Source: Candidatus Berkelbacteria bacterium (lineage in GTDB: Bacteria; Patescibacteriota; UBA1384; JACPKC01). From it: 64,000 nt of DNA. Shown in pieces: positions 55,040 to 63,147 of the stretch (positions are counted from its first letter, which is position 1; every line of letters begins with the position of its first letter). Location: assembly GCA_016187225.1 (NCBI GenBank), contig JACPKC010000006.1, forward strand, positions 25,051 to 89,050. The letters run 5' to 3'. A program made the position numbers and the translations under genes. Below the pieces are notes generated by a model. That model was not told the origin of the DNA and made no database searches. It saw nothing but the letters and a program-made list of their open reading frames with translations.

Positions 55040-55280
55040 AAGATCCCTTCCTCCGATTTTAGGGGAAGAGAAGAAGCGGGGCGGGAGGCAAGCGTGCCTG
55101 CGACCGCCCCAAGCTTTGGCCGGGTTCCGATCGATTGATCGGAAGCGTTAAGACGGGAGCAATCCTTCGGGGTGTTCGCTCAACCGTCTTGCCGGCCTAC
55201 CCGCAAAAGTTGCGGGTAGGGTTGGATTCTCCGCCGTCGGCGGATTCTTACTCTCGCGCCACCAACCAAGGCGCGGGAGG
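55040..55280. other. Densely structured non-coding segment
   Basis: Consecutive stems, including a three-way junction closed by ggccgg/ccggcc (55118-55197) and ctacccgcaa/ttgcgggtag (55197-55219). Confidence 0.55.
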
Positions 55281-55292
55281 GCAGTGTTTATG

Positions 55293-55508
55293 CTAGACCA
55301 GTCTCGCAAAGAGACAGTCGGCTTCATGCTCGACGTCCTCTCCCGAGTCTGATCTAGACTCATTTCCACAGCAGAGACACTGTCTGTACTCAAACAGTGT
55401 GCCTCCACTGGAGAAATTGTGCAGTTCGTTGTTTTTGATCCACTGCACAATTTCTCTTTTCAGCTCGGGATCACTTTCGATCGCCCGAGCAAGATTGGAG
55501 AAAAGCAT
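55293..55508 (-). CDS. Small putative Zn-binding protein (71 aa)
   Basis: GGAGGAGG RBS before MLFSNL; CLCCG...HEADC. Confidence 0.65.
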   Translation of the reverse strand: MLFSNLARAIESDPELKREIVQWIKNNELHNFSSGGTLFEYRQCLCCGNESRSDSGEDVEHEADCLFARLV

Positions 55509-55519
55509 TCTTTCTCCCT

Positions 55520-56194
55520 CCTCCCACCCTCGCGGGTAGGATGCCTGGTTGGCCGCGGGTGCGGGCCAGGGCGGGCAGATTCCCAATTCTTCCGTGATCG
55601 TGGGTTTCGACCACGCTCTGCCAGTCCGTGGAGGACTAGCATCCCGTTCTTTGAACGAGGAGCGTCCCCACGGAGCCTGGTGGCTCGGAAGAATTGGGTT
55701 TCCCCTTGTTCGTCCACTCACCAACTGCCAGCGGTGAGAGACAGGGCGGTTCGCCCCTCCAAGCGCGCGAAGACTAACTGGTCGAAGCGCGCGCTAGAGC
55801 CGAGTTTTGGTTACTTGCTTACTCGGGTGCAAGGTTGTCTTTATTCTCTGGGCGTTGCTGCCGGCAGACACATTTTTTTTTACGAGAGTGTCCACTCGTT
55901 CCAATTATTACTAATTGGATCGTTCCCTGCGCTGACCGGGCAAGGAGACCGGACTGATTTATGTTTTAGAAGCAACGCCAGTGAACGTTGCTCAACCGCG
56001 CGCGTGCCTTCATTAAAGAGGCCGCTTCTCACGGATAACTATGGTCACCCCTTAAAACCGCTCCGACAGTTTTAAGGGGATCTTTTACGCCACCCGACGT
56101 TGCCATTATGGTTTAGGCAACTCTCCCCGCCGACCTCAACGCTACAACGCGCTTAGGGCCAACGGTTGACGGGTGGGAGCCTGTCGTGGCACCC
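55520..56194 (-). ncRNA. Candidate large structured RNA or leader (about 670 nt)
   Basis: No credible ORF; more than 10 stems, including a perfect 13-bp helix (55582-55594 with 55686-55698) closing a multibranch domain and an 11-bp helix (56048-56058 with 56069-56079). Confidence 0.45.
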
Positions 56195-56602
56195 CTATGC
56201 GAGAAGGGGCAGAAGCACCTGCCGACGCTCCTGGTCAAATGTGTCCTTTAATAGACACCGTTTCGACCAGGCTTTAGATGGTTCAGCATTCAGGTACTGA
56301 ACCATCTGTCTGTACGCCATCTTGTCCGACGACGCACAGAACGCCCGTGCTCCCCCCTCGAGCTGACGGCCAACCTCCTCCTGGAGGTCCCAGATTGACG
56401 AAAGATTTTCCCATCCTTCGCCTCCAAGACTCTCGTCCAGGAAGAGCACGGCGTACTGGCGTTCAGCCAGCGCCTGCCGCGTCTCGGCCGCCGTCGTAGG
56501 AGCCACGACGTCCACGCCAACCGGCAGGACAGCAAGGAGCCGAGAGAGGAACATCTCTCGCCACTCCTCGCAGTCCTCGATCAGCAGGACGCTTTGGTTC
56601 AT
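56195..56602 (-). CDS. Stand-alone divergent receiver (REC) domain protein
   Basis: VLLIED, LFLDESLG (phosphoacceptor Asp), ASS, downstream Lys; AAGGAGGTG RBS. Confidence 0.75.
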   Translation of the reverse strand: MNQSVLLIEDCEEWREMFLSRLLAVLPVGVDVVAPTTAAETRQALAERQYAVLFLDESLGGEGWENLSSIWDLQEEVGRQLEGGARAFCASSDKMAYRQMVQYLNAEPSKAWSKRCLLKDTFDQERRQVLLPLLA

Positions 56603-56606
56603 CTTT

Positions 56607-56656
56607 TCACCTCCTTCGTTGGACTCAATTTTGATTTACCGATCAAATCCAACGAG
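56607..56656 (-). repeat. Structured leader family E, copy 2
   Basis: cgttgga/tccaacg replaces cgctggg/cccagcg of copy 1 (compensatory changes). Confidence 0.75.
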
Positions 56657-56929
56657 GAAATGAATGCGCTCCTTAAGAACAAATCTGCTGCAAAAGTTCA
56701 ACCATGAATCAAACTCCAGTCACTATGGCTCTAATGACGTGCTCGCCCATCATCTTAACGACCTAACCCATTTCCGCACCGCGATCGCCCGCTGGCTGAC
56801 GAAACAAGTTGACTGATCAAGCCTTTCGAGACTTCGTTGACGATCTCCGATTCACGATTTTATAAGTTAATAAATCATGAACCCGAGTCGATCTCCCTCT
56901 ACCTGCTTGCACAGGCGAGGGAGAAAAAT

Positions 56930-57226
56930 CTACATCGCTGCCCGAACCCGGTCGGCAGCTAGTCGCTCTCTACGCCACCTCTCCTCGAGGTACTCGGCGT
57001 ACCAAGCGAGCAACTGCTCGGTGGTGCCGTCGAGAGCGGCGTTAACCGCCTCGAGCTGGGCGGCTTCTTTCTCCAGGTCGAGGCCGTCGAGCGGCTCAAG
57101 CTGGAGAAAGTACGCCGCTTCACGAATGGCGGCGTCCTTGGCGCGGCGCACCACGGCCGGAACCATGGCGTTCTTGGCCTCCGCCTCGGCGTACCGGCCC
57201 TCCCGGTTGTCGCGTTCGGTCGCCAT
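56930..57226 (-). CDS. Hypothetical helical protein (98 aa)
   Basis: GGAGGT RBS downstream of family B copy 2; hairpin with GCAA loop after the stop. Confidence 0.7.
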   Translation of the reverse strand: MATERDNREGRYAEAEAKNAMVPAVVRRAKDAAIREAAYFLQLEPLDGLDLEKEAAQLEAVNAALDGTTEQLLAWYAEYLEERWRRERLAADRVRAAM

Positions 57227-57265
57227 TTTGAGCGACCTCCCTTCCTTAATTGGTATTCAGGGAAC

Positions 57266-57351
57266 CACCCTGCTGCTATTTTAGGACCCGAGCACAGAGT
57301 CCTCGCTCTTCACTTCGTCTTTCGATGAATCGAAAAGCGAAGAAAGAGCCC
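57266..57351 (-). repeat. Structured leader family B, copy 2
   Basis: See copy 1. Confidence 0.9.
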
Positions 57352-57427
57352 GGCTCTCCGGTTGATTTGAAGATCATAGTTGGAATCAAGAGTGAAAGAT
57401 TGGTAAGATAATTGACGAAAGGAACTG

Positions 57428-57730
57428 ATGCCCAAAGTAATCAGTAAACCAAAAATCCGCGTTCCTGATGCGTACCAGGGTTATCAACGTTTGGTGGCGA
57501 TTTCGGAAACAGATTACCAGCGCCTGGTTGACAAGATGCGACCTGCCAAAACCGATCCGGCCGATCGCGCCACTGTCTGGAAAGCAGTGGAAGGCATCTG
57601 GGCTGACCGAGACGATCTTGATCCAATCCGTTATCAACGGCAATTACGGAACGAGTGGAATAAACGCGAAAAACGCCAGTATCGCTTGGGCGGGCGGGCA
57701 AAAAATTCGACGCACGCTAAGCGCTCATGA
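57428..57730 (+). CDS. Putative antitoxin
   Basis: ATGA overlap with a PIN toxin; GIWADR...YQRQLR.EW motif. Confidence 0.75.
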   Translation: MPKVISKPKIRVPDAYQGYQRLVAISETDYQRLVDKMRPAKTDPADRATVWKAVEGIWADRDDLDPIRYQRQLRNEWNKREKRQYRLGGRAKNSTHAKRS

Positions 57731-58092
57731 CGCTCGACACCAATATCATCATCACGCTTCTCAAAAACGAAGCGTCTTTGGTGAAATGGTTCCAGCAACT
57801 GCAGCGCGACCAGGTTATTTTCATATCCTCGATCACGCGAGCTGAACTTTTATCAGAATCAAAGTCAACCGCTAGGCAACTTGCTCGGATCGCACGATTT
57901 TTGAATTCCTTCCATTCTGTGCCACTAGATGACAAAATTGCCGATCATGTCGCAAGCTTGCGGCGCGCCTACTCTAAACTGCATGTTCCTGATGCCGCCG
58001 TGGCCGCCACTGCAATCATCATGGGCACGCCACTCGCCAGTCGCGACAAGGTATTTCGAAAGATTAAGGAACTCGATTTGATTGTGCCATAG
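57727..58092 (+). CDS. VapC-like PIN-domain toxin
   Basis: LDTNIII, S.ITRAELL, PDAAVAATA, L.SRD..F. Confidence 0.9.
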   Translation: MTLDTNIIITLLKNEASLVKWFQQLQRDQVIFISSITRAELLSESKSTARQLARIARFLNSFHSVPLDDKIADHVASLRRAYSKLHVPDAAVAATAIIMGTPLASRDKVFRKIKELDLIVP

Positions 58093-58097
58093 GCTTT

Positions 58098-58147
58098 CTC
58101 GCTCTTCACTTCGTCTTTCGATGAATCGAAAAGCGAAGAAAGAGCCC
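58098..58147 (-). repeat. Family B partial copy 3 (50 bp, identical to 57302-57351)
   Basis: ctcgctcttcacttcgtctttcgatgaatcgaaaagcgaagaaagagccc on both sides of the TA module. Confidence 0.95.
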
Positions 58148-58184
58148 CCCGCTCGAAATGTTTTGCGAGACGGGGGGACAACGT

Positions 58185-58625
58185 TTAGACAGGCGCCTCG
58201 AGCGGGCGCTGGACGAGGGCTTTGCGCACCTCGACCCCGACGACTTCGTAGCCGCCGAAGGCGAGGATGTCACGCCCTCGCTCATCCTGGCCGGTCACGA
58301 TCACCCGCCCGTCCTCGCCCCGCTTGAAGACCTGGCGCAGGACATGAATGCCCTGCTCGGCCAGCCCCTCGACGAGGGCGATCATGACCGGCTCGGGCCC
58401 GCCGGCCTCGACCGCCACCACCTCCCTCTCCTCGGTGGCCTCGATCATGTCGATGACCGCCTGGACGGCGGCCACCGGATCGGCGCCATAAGGCACGTCC
58501 TCGGTGACCACCTCGAGGTCGTCACCGAAGACGACCGCGAGGGCCGCTCGACGGTCCTCACTCAACGGGTGACGCATCACCCGCAGGATTACCGGGGTCA
58601 GGATGGTGTTTTCGGTGCTCTGCAT
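58185..58625 (-). CDS. Small Rossmann-like protein, likely distant paralog of 52483-52860
   Basis: AGGAGGTG RBS; ILRVMRHPLSEDRRAALAVVFGDD aligns with ILWISRHGMNPVQLGALRRLFGAD. Confidence 0.6.
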   Translation of the reverse strand: MQSTENTILTPVILRVMRHPLSEDRRAALAVVFGDDLEVVTEDVPYGADPVAAVQAVIDMIEATEEREVVAVEAGGPEPVMIALVEGLAEQGIHVLRQVFKRGEDGRVIVTGQDERGRDILAFGGYEVVGVEVRKALVQRPLEAPV

Positions 58626-58647
58626 GGCAGGCACCTCCTCTCATGAG

Positions 58648-58860
58648 CTCCCGCTTGCGCGGGGCGATGGAAGGACTATAAATAGTCAGCCCAGCGCCCA
58701 ACATAAACGAGTCAGTTCACACTCATCCTCGATTCCTCATCGGTTTCGACCCGTTCTAAACGAAGTCGAAGAATGAGAGCCCGAGGTGAGCCCCCGACCG
58801 CATTCAGCAATGGGTCAGGGTCAAGCAGTCCGGCGCAAGTAAGCTACCTGGCCGGACTGA
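58648..58860 (-). repeat. Structured leader family C, copy 2, plus upstream hairpins
   Basis: Core 58648-58749 matches 54176-54276; additional stems at about 58791-58820 and 58826-58859 follow the helicase stop. Confidence 0.85.
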
Positions 58861-58872
58861 AGTCATGAGGCG

Positions 58873-61800
58873 CTAGCGGCGGTTGAACCGCGCTTTGAGC
58901 GCCTCGATCTGGGCCTGGGCGGTGGCCGCGTCTTCGGCAGAAGGTTCTGCCGGCGCGGCTTCGCGCGCCTTAGCCCGTTTCTTGCTCTGCCCCGATCCAG
59001 CCGATTCGCTGGCGCGAACCTCCGGCTCGGGGACTTGCGGTTTGTCTTCCGGGAAGGGCGGCTCGAGCCGCACTAGCGTGAGACGGAAGGAGCCAGTGTT
59101 GACCAACTCCCTTACCTCGCTCACGTAGTACGACTTGCCCGCAACCGGCTCCGGTGAGCGGCGGTCGAGCACGAACTTGGCGTGCTTCGATCCGGCCTCC
59201 CACTGGAGTTCTCCGGTTTTGGGGTGTCGCCCCTGGCGGAACGAGAGCTTGAACCATGCACGCTGGGAGACCATCTCCTCAGCGCGCTGGTAATCAGCCT
59301 CGTACCGCTCCCGATTCCTGGCCGCCCACGCCTCGTCCGTAAGAATGACTCCCGTGAAGTCATTCCGAACGAGTGGGCAGGCGCAGTCCGTCGGGAACCA
59401 CTCGGCGGCAACAGTGCCATCGATGAAAATTTTCACCGTGGCCACCGCATCCCACCGTTTATGGGTCCCTTCCGGCCGCACCTCGGCCAGGACAGCTTCG
59501 TCGTACTGGGTCAGCCCACTGTTTGACTGGGCCCAGACCACCCGGTTGATCGGGTGGAGGTTGGTCTGGCGGCAAACCAAACGGGTTTGACCCGTCTGGT
59601 CGCCCCACTCGGTATGCTCTTCAACCATCGGGTGGGAGCAAACCGGGCAGGTACCAAGGAGCGTGCGCAGGCGATCGTTCGCCGATCGCTTCAGCTCCTC
59701 TTTCTGCCGCTTGGCGTCCTCGGCCTTCTTTTGGAGCTCGGCCGTTTTCACGGAGAGCTCCTCAAAGAGCGCGCACGTCGACACGAAGTCGTGGCGCTTA
59801 AAGGCTTCGGTCGCCTCAGTCGCAAGGCGCTCAACCTCCCTCTCCTCCTTATAGGAGAGCAAACCATCGCGCTCATAGGTCGCGATCGTTTCCTGCTCCT
59901 CCCGAATGAGGGCGAGGGCGGTCTCCGCCTCGGGGCGCTTGGTCTCGTTGGTCTGGTGGTGAGCCAGCGCCAACTCGACCCGCGCCCGGACAGTCGCGAG
60001 CAGGTCGAGCGCCTTCTTCGGCTCCGGGGTGCGGCTGTAATAGCCGTCGCTCGTCCGGAGCAAGGCGCGCGCCTGCTCGATCTTTGCCGAGAGTCCCTCC
60101 GACTCGTACCAGCTGTCTTTCCCCGCTTCACGCGAGGTCAGACCGTAAGCCTGGTACTCGTCGAGGTTCACCCCGGCAAGCAGTTGGGCGACCGCGTCGG
60201 CTTCAGCTTGCGCTTCGGCCACGTAGCGGTCGCGATTTCTGCGTTCGTCTTCCTCGGCATCGAGCTTGGCCTTGGCTTTGATGGCCTCGGCCTGGCTCGT
60301 CTGCGCCTCCTCGCAAGTGCGGTACCATTTCTGGTACCAGCTCGCGTAGTAGGCGCGGAACGCCGGGTAGGCGAACGCCCCGGTCACGGCGTCATAGATC
60401 TCGGGTTCGGCGACCGCGGGGAGCGGCTCCAAACCCTTGACCACGAGTGTCGTGTCGGGGTGGTTGGTCGTGAACGCCTGCCAGGCCAACTCCAGCCGTT
60501 GCGCCTCGATCTGCTCGCGCAGGGTCGAGACGTCGGTGCCAGAGATGGCGGTGTAGCCCTTGTCCTGCAGCTTGAGCGTGTAGCTCGCGCCGCTCGGAAT
60601 GAGATGCTCCACCACTGCCTGGTCGGCGTTCTGGATGGTCGCCACCGACACCTGGATGGTGACGGTCTGCTTCTTCTCGCTCGAGTAGTACGACGCGCTG
60701 TCGTACTTATACTCGACGTTGCAGACCTCGCCGCCGATCAGCACGGTGTCGGGCGCCTGCTCGCGGATGTACGTTGCTTCCTCACCGGAAACAAACGTCG
60801 CCCGCGCCAGGCCAAAGTCGATGCCCTCGATCGCCGGATCGTCCATCCGGTAGATCTCGCCGAGTCGCTCGGCATAGATCTTGGCCGCCTCACTTTGAGT
60901 GAGCGGCCCCCGAACGGCGCCCCCGGACTTGGCTTGAAGTTCGGTCAGCTCGGCATTGACTGCCTGGCCAACTTCCCCCAGCCAAACTCGGGCAAACTGG
61001 TCGGCCAAGGCTTTGGTCGCCTCGGCGTTTCTCTGGGCGGCCACCACCGTCGTTGCGACTTCGGTGCCGTTGAACACCAGCACCTCGTCACAGACGACCT
61101 CGCCTCGCTCCTCACTCCACCGATAGTTCCGGCAGAGATTGGAGGCGAGGTGAGGCGCCACCTCGGCCAGCCAAGTCGGGTCAACCGCCGAGGCATTTTT
61201 GATCAGGCGGAGCGTCATTGAACGCCCTCGCCGATCTGTAATGCCAAGGTCGAACGGTTGGCCGACCAGCCACTCGGGCAAACTCGAGCGCTTCATCAAG
61301 CAGCTCTCCTTTGCCAGCTCTCGTTCGCCGTTGCCGCCGTTCTGGTATCGACCACTATAGGAAGAGCTCTTCCTATACAAATGGTCAACCAACCCAGTCG
61401 AGCAGGCCTTGAGAGTGTCTTGCTGAGAGCCGAAGCTCCCAAACTCAACATCCCCGACCCCCCGCACGGCGTCAGCAAGCGTGGGAATCTGGGCGTAGGC
61501 ACGCTTGATGTTCATGCCCACAATCCCAGCTTCCCGCCAGTCAACCTGCTTGAGGCTCCGATCCGCCTCCCGCAGGGCCCGTTTGACCTGCTCTCTCCGG
61601 CTCTCGCGCTGTTTGCGCTTGAGGTTCTTGTTAAAAACCTCTTGCCGCGGCGCGGTGCCGAGCAGGTGCTCAATCGTGTTCTGGCCAATCAAGGCGACCA
61701 GAACCGCCAGTTGGGCAAGTAGATCGCTCTCAGTTTCCTTGACACCGAAAAACGATCGCCACTCGCCACTTCTGGCAACGATGTCGCCGGCGTCAAGGCA

Positions 61801-63108
61801 AGCCGCGATGACAATCACGTCATCCACGACTCCCCGTTGCGCCGCTTCTAGGATCATCCGGGCAGAGTGCACCTCGATCGGCAAGCGATTAATCGCATAG
61901 CCGACTTCGGTCACTTTCCCGGCCTGGTCGATGGCGCCGAGACCTTTGAGCGCCTTCTTCGCATCAGCAATGACCTGGCGGTCAAGCTGATGGAAGAACG
62001 GCAGCTCGGCTGCGTCGTACCCGGCAATGGCCAAACGGAGCACCGTCTGGTCAAGCCGGGTGCGCATGATCTCGGGCACCGGGTAGCCGGGCCGCTCGGC
62101 GCTGGGGCAGTGGTCGATGTAGACCCCTTCGCCCAAGCGGCCGGTTCGGCCTCGGCGCTGTTGGCCGCGAGCTTTGGCGATCGGCTTGAGGTACAAGCCT
62201 TCTACGCCACTGACCAGCTCGACGCGTCGTTCCATGCCGGAGTCGACAACGGCGAGCCGGCGCCCGGGACTCGGCACTAGCGTACGGCCGGTTTCCAAGG
62301 CGTTGGTTGAAACCACCACCTTGGGCCGGTCGTACCGCTTGTAGGCGCGGTCTTTTTCCTCGCGCTTGAGCTTCCCGTAAAACGGGATCAGCTCGGCATC
62401 GAGGCTTTGGAGCCGCGCAACAGTCGCCACGATCTCGGCCTCGCCCGGCTGGAAGCAGAGGACGTCAAAGCCCTCAGCGACCAACTTGGCAATGTCAGCC
62501 TCGATCGTGGCACCAGCCGGTCGGTCGACGATTGGGAACTGCCTCCCCGGCACCTTGAACACCGGCGCGTTCCCGCGCTTGCGCGCGAGCTCGTCCGAGG
62601 CCAAAGTAGCCGAGAGGACCACGATCTTTTTAAAGACCGAGTTCCCTTCCTGGAGGTGCTTCCACGCCCAGGCCTCCAGAGTGGATTGGTTCGTATTCCA
62701 CTCGTGGAGCTCGTCGATGATGAGGATGTCGAACCGGTTGTGACCGGCCAACTCCCTCACCAGCGCGAGACCGTCGGTGCAGAACAGAATTGACGTCTCC
62801 GCCGAATCCTGCCTGCCCTTGCCGGTCCGGTAGCCGACGGTCGTGCCAAACGGCACGCCCATGAGCTGGGCGACATACTCGCTCGTGCCGATGACCGTTT
62901 CGATCAACGGCTCGGTTACAAGTACGCTGTTACCCAGCTCATGGTACCACTGGGGCACCATTGTCGACTTGCCGGAGCCGGTTTCGGCCTCGACAATCAT
63001 GTAGGGCGCGGCGCATCCAATGATCGCGGCTTTGAAGGCCTCGATCGGGAGCGCATCACGCCCGTTGCTGGTCGGGGAGCTGTTATTCACCATGCCATTC
63101 TTGGTCAT
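58873..63108 (-). CDS. HrpA/HrpB-like DExH-box helicase with a long unique C-terminal extension (1411 aa)
   Basis: ETGSGKST, VGYR, TDG, DELH, SAT, STNALETG, QRRGRTGR, PEIMR..L and an HA2-like region; C-terminal half has coiled coils and CPVC...C...H. Confidence 0.9.
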   Translation of the reverse strand: MTKNGMVNNSSPTSNGRDALPIEAFKAAIIGCAAPYMIVEAETGSGKSTMVPQWYHELGNSVLVTEPLIETVIGTSEYVAQLMGVPFGTTVGYRTGKGRQDSAETSILFCTDGLALVRELAGHNRFDILIIDELHEWNTNQSTLEAWAWKHLQEGNSVFKKIVVLSATLASDELARKRGNAPVFKVPGRQFPIVDRPAGATIEADIAKLVAEGFDVLCFQPGEAEIVATVARLQSLDAELIPFYGKLKREEKDRAYKRYDRPKVVVSTNALETGRTLVPSPGRRLAVVDSGMERRVELVSGVEGLYLKPIAKARGQQRRGRTGRLGEGVYIDHCPSAERPGYPVPEIMRTRLDQTVLRLAIAGYDAAELPFFHQLDRQVIADAKKALKGLGAIDQAGKVTEVGYAINRLPIEVHSARMILEAAQRGVVDDVIVIAACLDAGDIVARSGEWRSFFGVKETESDLLAQLAVLVALIGQNTIEHLLGTAPRQEVFNKNLKRKQRESRREQVKRALREADRSLKQVDWREAGIVGMNIKRAYAQIPTLADAVRGVGDVEFGSFGSQQDTLKACSTGLVDHLYRKSSSYSGRYQNGGNGERELAKESCLMKRSSLPEWLVGQPFDLGITDRRGRSMTLRLIKNASAVDPTWLAEVAPHLASNLCRNYRWSEERGEVVCDEVLVFNGTEVATTVVAAQRNAEATKALADQFARVWLGEVGQAVNAELTELQAKSGGAVRGPLTQSEAAKIYAERLGEIYRMDDPAIEGIDFGLARATFVSGEEATYIREQAPDTVLIGGEVCNVEYKYDSASYYSSEKKQTVTIQVSVATIQNADQAVVEHLIPSGASYTLKLQDKGYTAISGTDVSTLREQIEAQRLELAWQAFTTNHPDTTLVVKGLEPLPAVAEPEIYDAVTGAFAYPAFRAYYASWYQKWYRTCEEAQTSQAEAIKAKAKLDAEEDERRNRDRYVAEAQAEADAVAQLLAGVNLDEYQAYGLTSREAGKDSWYESEGLSAKIEQARALLRTSDGYYSRTPEPKKALDLLATVRARVELALAHHQTNETKRPEAETALALIREEQETIATYERDGLLSYKEEREVERLATEATEAFKRHDFVSTCALFEELSVKTAELQKKAEDAKRQKEELKRSANDRLRTLLGTCPVCSHPMVEEHTEWGDQTGQTRLVCRQTNLHPINRVVWAQSNSGLTQYDEAVLAEVRPEGTHKRWDAVATVKIFIDGTVAAEWFPTDCACPLVRNDFTGVILTDEAWAARNRERYEADYQRAEEMVSQRAWFKLSFRQGRHPKTGELQWEAGSKHAKFVLDRRSPEPVAGKSYYVSEVRELVNTGSFRLTLVRLEPPFPEDKPQVPEPEVRASESAGSGQSKKRAKAREAAPAEPSAEDAATAQAQIEALKARFNRR

Positions 63109-63147
63109 GGTAAATTTCCCTTTCGGGAAAGCCGTCTAGCCTTTCGG

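Noticed and set aside
55520-56194. RNase P RNA, tmRNA or SRP RNA
   Set aside because: No GAGGAAAGUCC or P4 signature, no tRNA-like ends with a T-loop, and no SRP domain IV motif was found.
51147-58860. CRISPR array or classical integron attC array
   Set aside because: The repeats are long, belong to several families and are separated by whole genes. There is no constant repeat-spacer period, no cas genes, no consistent RYYYAAC/GTTRRRY ends and no IntI in the window.
59554-61221. 555-aa plus-strand ORF
   Set aside because: Antisense shadow of the GC-rich helicase gene with no recognisable motifs.
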